From an uncultured virus (IMG/VR IMGVR_UViG_3300027973_000060) (lineage: Duplodnaviria; Heunggongvirae; Uroviricota; Caudoviricetes): 64,000 bases of DNA. The stretch lies in IMG/VR virus record IMGVR_UViG_3300027973_000060. One strand, given 5' to 3'. How positions within the stretch are numbered: the stretch's first letter is position 1; the number at the start of each line of letters is the position of its first letter. The notes beneath the pieces were generated by a model, which was not told the DNA's origin, searched no databases, and saw only the letters and a program-made list of their open reading frames with translations. Positions 9,885 through 18,731 of the stretch are shown in pieces. A program made the translations under genes and the position numbers.

Positions 9885-12800
9885 ATGGCCGACGAAATCA
9901 TCCAGGATAAACGCGAGGCGGCAAACTATCTGCTTCGCCAGTATCGCGAAAATCCTCAGTTTGAGTTCACGCAGGACGAGGCAAGGATCGTCCACGAATC
10001 GTATGAAGGCAAGGTTCAATTTGTAGATTCAAAACCAATATTTGCGGACGAGTTGACTTCTGCCGAGTTTATTAGATCTCAGGACGAATCAGACCCAAAC
10101 TTTATAGCAAGTGAAGACGAGTTTCTTCTTCTAAAAAGAACCGAACCCACATTCAGTAAGAAATTTGAAACCGGGTATGAGGGCGGGAAGCAGTACTTTA
10201 AAGATGCTTTTGGCAAGGCTGGGCAAGATATTGCAGAATATTACAAAAAGCCTATTGAGTTTGGTGACGAAATAAAACCCCTCGCAACGGCAGCCGAAGC
10301 GCTAGCAAGAGGCACCATGGATCTCGGCACGACAGTAGTCGGTGCGTCGAAATTTATTGAGAAGGCACCTTACATGGCCGCCGGAGCGCTCGGTCTCCAG
10401 GCGGATTATAAATCGTACTTAAACCAAAAGACGATCGACCAAAACTACCAGATGCAGGCAGTTGAGAAGATAAACGCCGAAAGAGCTCAGGGGAAAAGCA
10501 TTATTGGATTGCCGAAGGAGTCGATCATGCCGGGGGTTGCAGAGGTTGGATCAATGTTCCTCGACCCCACAACATTTGCACCACTCGTCGGTCCAGGAGC
10601 GAGGGCTACATCCGCCGCGTCAAAAGCTAGCAGGGGATTAAGAGTTGGGACTAAGGTTGCCGAAGGAGTTGAAACTGGAGCTAGGGCTGTTGGGAACGTG
10701 ATTGATCTTGGAGTCGAAAAGGTTGGGCAGGGCATCCAGCGCGTTCTGCCTGGCGTAACTGCGCCAAAGACTGCAGGAGCAATTGCTACAGGAGCGGCTG
10801 CGGTAGGCATTCCTGGAGCGTTCCCGGTCGGAGCCAAGATTGCAGCGACCAGGGCTGGAGCAGAGGTTATAGAAAAAGGAGCCCAGGCCGCGAGCATTAT
10901 GGGCGAAGAAGCAATGACAGGACCTTCTCGCATGAACCTTATGCAGAGGATTGCCAAGAATCAGAAGAATCCAGAATGGTTGCGCCGGGCTGCGAACACA
11001 TCAGTTCTATCGTCTCCAATAACTGCCAAAACTGCTGAACTTGGACTAGACATAGGGGTGGGATCGGCAAAGGGAGCGGTCGTTGGAGCAGGATTAGGCT
11101 ACGTTGGGTCCGGTGGCGAAGAAGAAGGCATTGGTGGCGGAGTGGCAATTGGATCTAGGATGGGGGCAGTCGGAGGAGGATTTAGAGGAATTTCCCAACA
11201 GCCAGCCAGGAAAGCCCTGGCAAAGCAGGGTGACGTTAACAGGCTATTTGCAAAGCAGGCAGAATTAGGATTGGACGTTGAGAGCATAGCCAACTACGTC
11301 CGAAAAGATAATCGTCCATTCCTAGACGCCGCGACGCTCCAGATGATGGCACCTGACGTCCAGGTTGAATTCCATAGTCGCGATTCGTTTATGATGCCAG
11401 AGAATGCCGGGATCAACGCGGCCGGAGTTGTCAAGGGAGTGCAGGACAGGAGCGGAAAATTCAGACTGCTGATCAACATGGACGACAAGAGGTCTACCGG
11501 AGACACGGTGAGACATGAGATTTTACACGCAATTCAAAAGTCTCCAGCGATTAACAAGTCCGAGGGTCGTATGGCAGTCATGACTGAGTACGGTGAAGAA
11601 GGTCTTCGCAGGAGAGGGAACGAGTACGCCAGGAAACTTCTTGAGGGTGAGCGCCAGGGCAGAGGAGCCCCAACCGAGGCCGAGGTGCGAGCCAAGGCGA
11701 ACGAACTAAGAGAAGCGTCTCAGCGGTCCGAGCCTGGAGCCGGGGATCTTGATTGGATCGCGGACGAGGTCCTGGCGGAGCAGTTTGTTGGCGAGTCCCG
11801 CGGTAGGGATCTTGACTCACTTCGTCGCAGAACCTTGCCAGGAACGAATCTTCTGTCTCTCCAGGAAGGATTCTTGGCCCCTGTTGGCAGGCTTTTGAAT
11901 AAGTTTGGGATCGATACGACAGGGCCTAAGCCGACGAATATTGACACGCTATTCAAGGACAATCCACTGGTTCCGTCTAAACAGCTTCGAGAGTTGACCG
12001 CAAGATGGTTCCGGGATCGCGACAAGTATCTTGACGGACTAGAGAAGGCAGAGAAGCAGAAGGACGTGACGCTAGTCCCAGGCCCAGGAAACAGAAACCT
12101 AGCGAACAATCCAGCAATCCAGTTTACTCGCAACAGAAAGACAAATCTCGAAGAGAACGATTTTGCGGTCAGGTTCCCGGACGGAACTGTTCGAGCCAAG
12201 GATCCGGCATCGATCCTGGCGGTTGACAAGGCCAGGGTGGCGGACGTTGGGCGCCTATATAATCCGGACGCTGTCCTGGAGCGTGGGAGCCCTGAGTTTG
12301 GCGTCAAAATTCAGTCCGACGGCAAACCATACGTCGGTGGAAATACTCTCCCAGAGGGATTCTTCAGTCTCGACAGTTTTAATGATTTTACAAAGGAAGT
12401 AGCCAAGGCCCTTCAAGATAGTCGCCGGGATGGCAAGACATATTCTGTCTGGTACCAAAAGGTCGGCACAGGCGAGGATGGTAGCTGGGCTCAGTCTGTT
12501 AAGCGCGGACTAGGCAATATTAAGGTTGGACAATCCGAGATCGCGTTCCTTGGCTGGCGCCTGTCAAAGGCCGGGAACATCCTGGCGCAAGCTGTAGACA
12601 TTTCCGCCCTGCGCGGTCGCATGCTTGATTTTGCTAGGAGTGGCAAGGGCCGGATCAACGAGGTGTGGGGCGGAGACCTGGCATCCTACGAGAAGGACGT
12701 CATGCAGTACCTGGACAACCACGCCAACGAAAGGCCAGGCGAGACAGGGATCGGGATCGATAAGCGCAACGCGATCAACTACCTATTCGGCATCACAAAC

Positions 12801-15800
12801 ATTGCCAACAAAAATGCGAACCCAATGTACGCAGCCGAAGGACGCCCTCCGGGGAGCCTAGTCAAATCCTATCGCCTGGACCGCATTGCCAACTCTCGCG
12901 ATACCGGACGCACAGGATTTTTCTTCGACTACCAGAAGCAAGCTGCGAACTTGGCGCCCGGAGATGTGTCGCTCCAGAAGGCTATTCGCGACAAGATGCC
13001 AAGACTTGCCACTCCGGAGCAAGTAAAGGCAATTATTAAGCCAGGCCAGACTCGCGGGGTGAACGAGGAGGATATTAAGTGGTCAGGAATTAATGAAGAG
13101 ATTGATAGACTTGCAAGTGAAAACGCTGGGAAAGTACCAAGAGATAAGCTGGAAGAATTCCTGGCCGGGAAGGGCAAGGTCAAGATTGAGGAGACTAGGT
13201 ATGGGACATCGAAAGGCCAGAAGGTTCCGCTAAACGAACAGGAGGCATCAAGGCTCAAGGAGCTTGAGACTGCAGACTTAGCGAATCCCCTTGGAGGAAT
13301 GGATGACGAGATGGGGGATGGTGCATACGGTGAAATGATGGATTTGCAAAATCGTCGCGATAATATTTACACATCCAGCCAACTCACAAGAATGGCAATG
13401 ATTGCAGAGGAAGACGCCAGGAATTTCTTGAAAAACTCTCCAACAAATCTTGGGAAAATTGGCGAAAGCAAGATTTATGATGCCTTTGATCGCATGATGA
13501 AAAAAGCAGAGCACTTGAACGCAAGGGCAGAACGATTGGAATATGCAAAAACTTCAGGCAATGCTCCAAGATTTGGGTCATTCACGACTCCTGGTGGTAA
13601 AAATTATAGAGAAGTTGTTTTGTCGTTGAAGCAGGATTCGAAAACAAAAAGAACAGAACCATACAAAATTGAATTTAAGAACGCACAAGATGCAGATGAT
13701 TTCCTTACAGACATAAGCGCAGCCGGGCTAGATGAACTTGATTATGGAAGAATTAGCGGAGATGACATTACAACAAACGACAGAATTGTTGAATTTGGAG
13801 ACATTGTTACGCAAGAAGTTGTTGATTTAGCTAAAAAGTATGACGCAAAATTGCCTGACATGCCAATTGATAAAGCATACATGTCGAAACATTATCCGAT
13901 ACCAGGCTACATCGCGCACATGCGCCTAGATGAAAGGCCAGACATAAAGGGACGCGAAGGTCTTTTTATGCAGGAAAATCAAAGCGATTTGCATCAAGCC
14001 GGAAGAAAATACGGGTACATTGGAGAGTCAAGCAAAAACATGCCGTCAAAGAGTGATTACGAGGCGTACGACAGCGATTTGGGATATAGGAGGAACGATC
14101 CAAATCTAACTGAAAATGAAATGGCGATTATATCCAGAATAGATGCATTCGCCAATGCGGAGCCAAGAGGATATGGTCAGGACAAGGTTCCAGACGCTCC
14201 GTTCCGTAAGGATTGGCCTGTTCAGAATTTTAAGAGGGCATTGGTTGAGGCAGTAGAATCCGATAAGGAGTGGATTGGATGGACGACAGGCGCAGAGCAA
14301 GTGGACAGATACCCCGGAATATCTGAAGACGGCAAAAAAGGCATGACAAAGTTTTACGACGAAATGCTTCCATCTGAAATTGGCAAGTACATGAAGCAGT
14401 ACGGATCTCCAGTAGAAAAGTCTGCAATCGTAAATGATCGTTGGTATGTTGTAACCGAGGACGGAAGAACAATTCCAGCGGATGGAAAGAAAAATGCCAT
14501 GGAGTCAATGGCTGCCAACCCTGGATCTAGGATTGTTGCGCCAGACAAGATTCCAATATGGTCTGTTGACATCACCCCAGAGGTTGTCGCCGGGGTTCGT
14601 AAGATGCAGGAGATGGAGAAAGAGTTTTCCGGTACTGCCAAGAATGAACCAAAGTTTACTAGCTTAATCGGTGGCGAAGAGCAGAAGCAGTTTGCCCCGG
14701 CAAGTCCGGCTGAAAAGAAGGACGAACAATTTTGGGTGAGTCAGAGGAGCCCAAAGGCAGTAAGGGCGACCGAAGACCCTATTAAAGAAAATCTTACAAT
14801 TGGTTTAGATACAGTTTTGAGAGACAAAGATTTGGCTAAAAAACAAGCAGATATTGTTAAGAATTATATTGGATTTAGCCCAAAAAGCAAAACGACCGAA
14901 GGAATTTTGAAAGAATTTGTTGATCACGCAAAAAGCAATCTTCTTTATTTGTACGATTCTTTTGCACCAAGACTAAGGGAGGAGGCAAAGAAGTGGTACG
15001 ACGGAGCCAGGAAAATGTCCGAAGAATTGTCAAAGAACTATAAAATTGCCACAAGACAAGTTGCCGGAGTATTTGCCGTACTTTCACCGCAAAAAGATTG
15101 GTTCATGAATATATCTCTTGCAAGAAGAGTCATCGACATTCACGGAACCAAATCAAACGAAATATTTACACCTCAAATGTTGAATTGGTTAAAGTCAAAA
15201 AAGGCAACAAGACAGTTCGCCAGGCATGCGAAGGAAAATCTTCTTGGGAAGCGCTATAGCGAAATAGCTGACACATTTGACAAAGCTATATTTGTCCGGG
15301 CTTTTGATGAGGTGAATAATTCAAGAGCGTTCGACGTCTATAGTCCGAGCGGAGAGATTCTTGGGAAAAAGCTAAAGGGCAACGGAAAAGAATCAAAGGT
15401 CGGATGGGGGTCATTCTCGCAAATAGAAAAGGCAATCAGCATATTAATGGATGGATCGAAGGAGAATATCCACAAGCAACTTGGTGGTGAACACAAGGTA
15501 AGGAACTTTTTTAACAACATACTTCAGCCGAATGCGAAGTATGGTGATTCTACAATTGACACTCATGCCGTAGCGGCTGCGCTTTATCGACCGCTGTCAG
15601 GATCGTCGATAGAGGTTAAGCACAACCTCGGCGGAGGTCCATCGTCTGCGATTCTCGGGATATCTGGCATGTACGGACTATTTGCCGAGGCTTACAGGAA
15701 CGCAGCAAAGGAGCGCGGAGTGCTCCCCCGGGAAATGCAGAGTATAACTTGGGAGGCAATCCGTGGACTATTTAGGCCAGCATTCAAGGCCCAGGCTAAA

Positions 15801-16121
15801 AATAAAGCATTTGTAAACAGCGTATGGAAGAGCTATACTAAAGGAAGGATAAGTATCGATGAAGCAAGAAACACAATCAGCAAATTCGCCGGAGGAATTG
15901 AGGACCCTAGCTGGGCAGGACGGAGCGGTAAGGTTCCTGCTCCGGGAGGGACTTCCGCTAACCCGGGAAAACTATCTCAGCGTAGCATGGCCGGACAGAA
16001 CGATAGAGGACGAGATGGACGCGGAGTTCGAGGCGCAACTTCCGGAAATGTTCCGGCTCAAGAGTTGGAGACAGCAGTAAAGTCTAGGCTAATTAAAAAG
16101 CAATTGGAGGCCAAAAAATGA
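9885..16121 (+). CDS. Giant internal virion (ejection) protein of large polyvalent type, 2078 aa
   Basis: G/A-rich membrane-like region; GGKNYRE..QSD.HQ..PDAPF domain; C-terminal WY..LSPQ..W..N..KV.NF..TIDTHA..MQSITW domain. Confidence 0.8.
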   Translation: MADEIIQDKREAANYLLRQYRENPQFEFTQDEARIVHESYEGKVQFVDSKPIFADELTSAEFIRSQDESDPNFIASEDEFLLLKRTEPTFSKKFETGYEGGKQYFKDAFGKAGQDIAEYYKKPIEFGDEIKPLATAAEALARGTMDLGTTVVGASKFIEKAPYMAAGALGLQADYKSYLNQKTIDQNYQMQAVEKINAERAQGKSIIGLPKESIMPGVAEVGSMFLDPTTFAPLVGPGARATSAASKASRGLRVGTKVAEGVETGARAVGNVIDLGVEKVGQGIQRVLPGVTAPKTAGAIATGAAAVGIPGAFPVGAKIAATRAGAEVIEKGAQAASIMGEEAMTGPSRMNLMQRIAKNQKNPEWLRRAANTSVLSSPITAKTAELGLDIGVGSAKGAVVGAGLGYVGSGGEEEGIGGGVAIGSRMGAVGGGFRGISQQPARKALAKQGDVNRLFAKQAELGLDVESIANYVRKDNRPFLDAATLQMMAPDVQVEFHSRDSFMMPENAGINAAGVVKGVQDRSGKFRLLINMDDKRSTGDTVRHEILHAIQKSPAINKSEGRMAVMTEYGEEGLRRRGNEYARKLLEGERQGRGAPTEAEVRAKANELREASQRSEPGAGDLDWIADEVLAEQFVGESRGRDLDSLRRRTLPGTNLLSLQEGFLAPVGRLLNKFGIDTTGPKPTNIDTLFKDNPLVPSKQLRELTARWFRDRDKYLDGLEKAEKQKDVTLVPGPGNRNLANNPAIQFTRNRKTNLEENDFAVRFPDGTVRAKDPASILAVDKARVADVGRLYNPDAVLERGSPEFGVKIQSDGKPYVGGNTLPEGFFSLDSFNDFTKEVAKALQDSRRDGKTYSVWYQKVGTGEDGSWAQSVKRGLGNIKVGQSEIAFLGWRLSKAGNILAQAVDISALRGRMLDFARSGKGRINEVWGGDLASYEKDVMQYLDNHANERPGETGIGIDKRNAINYLFGITNIANKNANPMYAAEGRPPGSLVKSYRLDRIANSRDTGRTGFFFDYQKQAANLAPGDVSLQKAIRDKMPRLATPEQVKAIIKPGQTRGVNEEDIKWSGINEEIDRLASENAGKVPRDKLEEFLAGKGKVKIEETRYGTSKGQKVPLNEQEASRLKELETADLANPLGGMDDEMGDGAYGEMMDLQNRRDNIYTSSQLTRMAMIAEEDARNFLKNSPTNLGKIGESKIYDAFDRMMKKAEHLNARAERLEYAKTSGNAPRFGSFTTPGGKNYREVVLSLKQDSKTKRTEPYKIEFKNAQDADDFLTDISAAGLDELDYGRISGDDITTNDRIVEFGDIVTQEVVDLAKKYDAKLPDMPIDKAYMSKHYPIPGYIAHMRLDERPDIKGREGLFMQENQSDLHQAGRKYGYIGESSKNMPSKSDYEAYDSDLGYRRNDPNLTENEMAIISRIDAFANAEPRGYGQDKVPDAPFRKDWPVQNFKRALVEAVESDKEWIGWTTGAEQVDRYPGISEDGKKGMTKFYDEMLPSEIGKYMKQYGSPVEKSAIVNDRWYVVTEDGRTIPADGKKNAMESMAANPGSRIVAPDKIPIWSVDITPEVVAGVRKMQEMEKEFSGTAKNEPKFTSLIGGEEQKQFAPASPAEKKDEQFWVSQRSPKAVRATEDPIKENLTIGLDTVLRDKDLAKKQADIVKNYIGFSPKSKTTEGILKEFVDHAKSNLLYLYDSFAPRLREEAKKWYDGARKMSEELSKNYKIATRQVAGVFAVLSPQKDWFMNISLARRVIDIHGTKSNEIFTPQMLNWLKSKKATRQFARHAKENLLGKRYSEIADTFDKAIFVRAFDEVNNSRAFDVYSPSGEILGKKLKGNGKESKVGWGSFSQIEKAISILMDGSKENIHKQLGGEHKVRNFFNNILQPNAKYGDSTIDTHAVAAALYRPLSGSSIEVKHNLGGGPSSAILGISGMYGLFAEAYRNAAKERGVLPREMQSITWEAIRGLFRPAFKAQAKNKAFVNSVWKSYTKGRISIDEARNTISKFAGGIEDPSWAGRSGKVPAPGGTSANPGKLSQRSMAGQNDRGRDGRGVRGATSGNVPAQELETAVKSRLIKKQLEAKK
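15859..16080 (+). CDS. Overprinted small acidic protein nested in the giant gene (73 aa)
   Basis: AAGGAAGG SD at 15841-15848; ~18 synonymous codon changes versus 55311..55532 in this frame. Confidence 0.8.
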   Translation: MKQETQSANSPEELRTLAGQDGAVRFLLREGLPLTRENYLSVAWPDRTIEDEMDAEFEAQLPEMFRLKSWRQQ

Positions 16122-16123
16122 CC

Positions 16124-16396
16124 TCACTCGACGTCTTTGAGCCTATCGGTCAACCCGGAGAATCTACCGCGGGAATCGAACACGGTTCCGTCCTTTGTAA
16201 TGAAACCGTCAAATCTTCCGCTCCGATTGCTAACCCAACCCCTGTTCCTGGAAACCATTCCGTCAATAGCCCCTGTTCTTGTTGTGCGAATACCCCGATC
16301 CAACATGCCGGAGTAGGTTCCTGTCTCGTCCAGGAGGAGATCCCCGGCGAAACAACGACCGAGTGATAATGCTGTAACCAATAGGATTTTCTTCAT
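16124..16396 (-). CDS. Exported small beta-repeat protein (90 aa), possible superinfection-exclusion factor
   Basis: Signal peptide MKKILLVTALSLGRCFA; D.xG.Y/F.G repeats; same-length homolog at 55576..55848. Confidence 0.75.
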   Translation of the reverse strand: MKKILLVTALSLGRCFAGDLLLDETGTYSGMLDRGIRTTRTGAIDGMVSRNRGWVSNRSGRFDGFITKDGTVFDSRGRFSGLTDRLKDVE

Positions 16397-17219
16397 GGCG
16401 AACATTCTAACACAGATCCCGGAACTAAGCGCAAGCAGAAATTTCACCCCATTTGGGGCGGGGGAATTTGACAGGCAAAACGCGTCCAGGCCCATGCAGG
16501 AACCACAGAGGGCGGGGTGGACAGACGAGAAGGGTCAGCGCCTGGTCGCAATGTCTGAGCGCATGCGGTCCGCGGCGACGATGGACGATATCCGCGCAGA
16601 GACAGCGCAAAGAGCAATGGAGGACGAGGTGACTAAAAACATTATGCAAGACCAAAACTTAATCGGACCGAAGATCCCGAAGAACGAATACGACGCGGCC
16701 TTAGCAACGGTCGACATGGAGGCTAGGAAAGACAAGGCCGGAAACGTCATGGTCTACAATCTTCCTTCCGGGGATATGGGCGGGAGCTACGAAGTCGCCG
16801 GGATCAACGACAAGTATCATCCCGCGGCCGCGCAGATGCTGAAGAACCTTCCGCCTGGAGAACGTCGAGACGCCGCGGCCAAGTACGTCGTAGAATATAC
16901 CAGGCCCATCACGTCTAAACTTCCAGAACCTTACAGGCTTTTTTTCCAGGACCTAACGTTCAATAGGGGTCCGGCGGGTGCAACAAAGTTCCTGCAACGC
17001 GCGATCGGGGTGAAGGATGACGGAGCCCTTGGGCCTCAGACGCTCAAGGCCCTGGAAGGACTGAACCCATCAGATGTAATGAAGAACGTTTCCGTCGAGC
17101 AAATGACCTACGAGAGAAGGCTTGCGGAGCAGAACCCGGAACGTAAAAAGTTTCTCAATGGTCTCCAGAATAGAGTCTCGAACAGATATAGACTTTTCGG
17201 GAATGCTCCAACCGGGTAA
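16395..17219 (+). CDS. GH108-like lysozyme with peptidoglycan-binding C-terminus and ~100-aa N-terminal extension
   Basis: D.GG.YEVAGIN, FNRGP..ATKFLQRAIGVKDDG.LGP.TL and KFLNGLQNRV motifs. Confidence 0.8.
   Translation: MANILTQIPELSASRNFTPFGAGEFDRQNASRPMQEPQRAGWTDEKGQRLVAMSERMRSAATMDDIRAETAQRAMEDEVTKNIMQDQNLIGPKIPKNEYDAALATVDMEARKDKAGNVMVYNLPSGDMGGSYEVAGINDKYHPAAAQMLKNLPPGERRDAAAKYVVEYTRPITSKLPEPYRLFFQDLTFNRGPAGATKFLQRAIGVKDDGALGPQTLKALEGLNPSDVMKNVSVEQMTYERRLAEQNPERKKFLNGLQNRVSNRYRLFGNAPTG
16404..16412 (-). promoter_or_regulatory. Extended -10 (TGtTAGAAT) 7 nt upstream of the minus-strand ATG; leaderless-type promoter
   Basis: Copy B has TGtTAGAGT at the same spacing (55856-55864). Confidence 0.5.
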
Positions 17220-17592
17220 TCGTCAGACAGGAGCAGTAGGAGTCGCCAGGGTAATCGCAGGACTCCTCGCTTCCGGGTGGAACGTGTTGACCCCATTCGA
17301 GGACAACGCTGGGTACGATATTGTCGCGGAGAAGAATGGGGCATTCAAAAGAATCCAGGTCAAGTCGTGTGGCGCTCCACGGTTGCACAGTAATGGCAGA
17401 AGGGGCCCGAGCTACAAGTTCAGCACCGGGCGCGGAGTCGACAAGAGGAAGTACGGCAAGTGTATCGACCTAATATTCTTGGTTGCGCTGGACAAAGACT
17501 TACTGTGGGTATTTGATTCAAACAAAATAAAGTCTACGCGAAGCGCGTCTCCAGAGGACTCAATTGCCTGGATGAGTTTGTCGAAGATATAG
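17203..17592 (+). CDS. PD-(D/E)XK endonuclease
   Basis: GAVG..V..L..G.V..P..DN..YDIV..RIQVKS motif; homolog at 56655. Confidence 0.75.
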   Translation: MLQPGNRQTGAVGVARVIAGLLASGWNVLTPFEDNAGYDIVAEKNGAFKRIQVKSCGAPRLHSNGRRGPSYKFSTGRGVDKRKYGKCIDLIFLVALDKDLLWVFDSNKIKSTRSASPEDSIAWMSLSKI

Positions 17593-17629
17593 CAAGTCAA
17601 GCTAATTAAAATTTCCCTAAAATAATATA

Positions 17630-17658
17630 TTGACTCGAATGCCGTGTCTCGGCAGAGT
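17630..17658 (+). promoter_or_regulatory. Sigma70-like promoter TTGACT-17-CAGAGT with TGCCG-N5-CGGCA palindrome
   Basis: Conserved at 57082-57110; AT-rich upstream tract; AAGGAGG SD follows. Confidence 0.6.
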
Positions 17659-17686
17659 CCGGTGATCTTGAAACAAGGAGGTCACC

Positions 17687-18100
17687 ATGGGCGGAGGAAA
17701 AATGTCACGCAACAAGGGGAAACGCGGTGAACGCGAGGTCTCAAGCCTGCTCAGTGAGGCTGGATGGAAGGCTAGGCGCGCCCAGCAGTTCTGCGGGTCA
17801 CCGGATGGGGGAGCTAGTGATGTACTGGTCGAATCAGAATTCTGGCCCTACCACGTCGAGGTCAAGTACTGCCAGCAAACCAAAATTTACGATTGGATGC
17901 AACAATCTTCAAACGATTCAAAAGCTGGTAAGACGCCTATCGTGTGCCATCGAAGAAATCAAACAGAATGGCACGTCACGATGAAATTCAAGGATTGGAT
18001 CGATTTGGTAAACAATAGTCTTCCGATCGTGTTGCCAGCAGTCACATACGCAAAAGACATTCGCCAGACTTCACCTCAGATAAACCCAAATAAACCATAA
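17687..18100 (+). CDS. Holliday junction resolvase-like PD-(D/E)XK nuclease
   Basis: SRNKGKRGEREV..SDV..HVEVK motif. Confidence 0.75.
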   Translation: MGGGKMSRNKGKRGEREVSSLLSEAGWKARRAQQFCGSPDGGASDVLVESEFWPYHVEVKYCQQTKIYDWMQQSSNDSKAGKTPIVCHRRNQTEWHVTMKFKDWIDLVNNSLPIVLPAVTYAKDIRQTSPQINPNKP

Positions 18101-18113
18101 AGGAGACACACAT

Positions 18114-18731
18114 ATGGCACTAGTACTAAGCGAGAAAAGCACAAAAGAAAGACCGATCGTAGAGGCGGGAGCGCATCCTGCAATCTGCTATTCGGTCGTT
18201 GACCTCGGAACCCAAAAGAGCACCTACCAAGGTGAGACGAAGGAGTTGAAGAAGATCCGGATCGCGTTTGAGATCTGCGATCAGAACGACGACTTTGAAC
18301 AAGTAGAGAATGGCAAGGTCACCATCATCAAAAAGCCGTTGGTCTGTTCCGCGGAGTTTACCGCGTCGATCGGACCGAAGGCGTCGCTTCGGAAGTTCGT
18401 TGAAGGCTGGCTCGGATCAGCGCTCAACGCGAAGCAACTTGCCTCATTCAAGGTGACAGACTTCCTTGGGAAGTCGGCACTGCTCAACGTAGTTCACAAG
18501 GTTAGCCAGACGTCCGGCAAGACCTACGCTGCGATCGGATCGGCATCCAAATTGCCAAAAGGCATGGTTGTCCCCGAGCGCGTAAACAATCTTGTCTCAT
18601 ACGAGATCGAGCAGGGCCAGGGTGGCGAGTTTGTCAACTTGCCCAAGTGGCTACAGGAGAAAATTCTCCTATCGAAGGAACTCGGTGGAGTCAAGTCGAC
18701 CGTAGCGACCGACGACGGAGCACCGTTCTAA
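18114..18731 (+). CDS. Putative ssDNA-binding/replication protein
   Basis: AGAHPAICYSVVDLGTQ start; acidic C-terminal DDGAPF tail. Confidence 0.65.
   Translation: MALVLSEKSTKERPIVEAGAHPAICYSVVDLGTQKSTYQGETKELKKIRIAFEICDQNDDFEQVENGKVTIIKKPLVCSAEFTASIGPKASLRKFVEGWLGSALNAKQLASFKVTDFLGKSALLNVVHKVSQTSGKTYAAIGSASKLPKGMVVPERVNNLVSYEIEQGQGGEFVNLPKWLQEKILLSKELGGVKSTVATDDGAPF

Noticed and set aside
11720..12307. 195-aa minus-strand ORF in both units (51193..51780)
   Set aside because: Antisense shadow of the giant gene; same reasoning applies to 31231..31800 and 33133..33912.
12625..12861. Alternative-frame ORF also seen at 51999..52307
   Set aside because: Explained by high DNA identity; starts and stops differ between copies and changes are synonymous in the main frame.
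16118..16366. 82-aa + strand ORF present in both units (also 55570..55818)
   Set aside because: It is the in-register antisense shadow of the minus-strand exported gene, a frame that often stays open; it has no protein-like conservation or signal features.
17203..17592. Group I intron or homing element around the PD-(D/E)XK gene
   Set aside because: Flanking genes are uninterrupted and no intron core is evident; it is a freestanding gene in both units.
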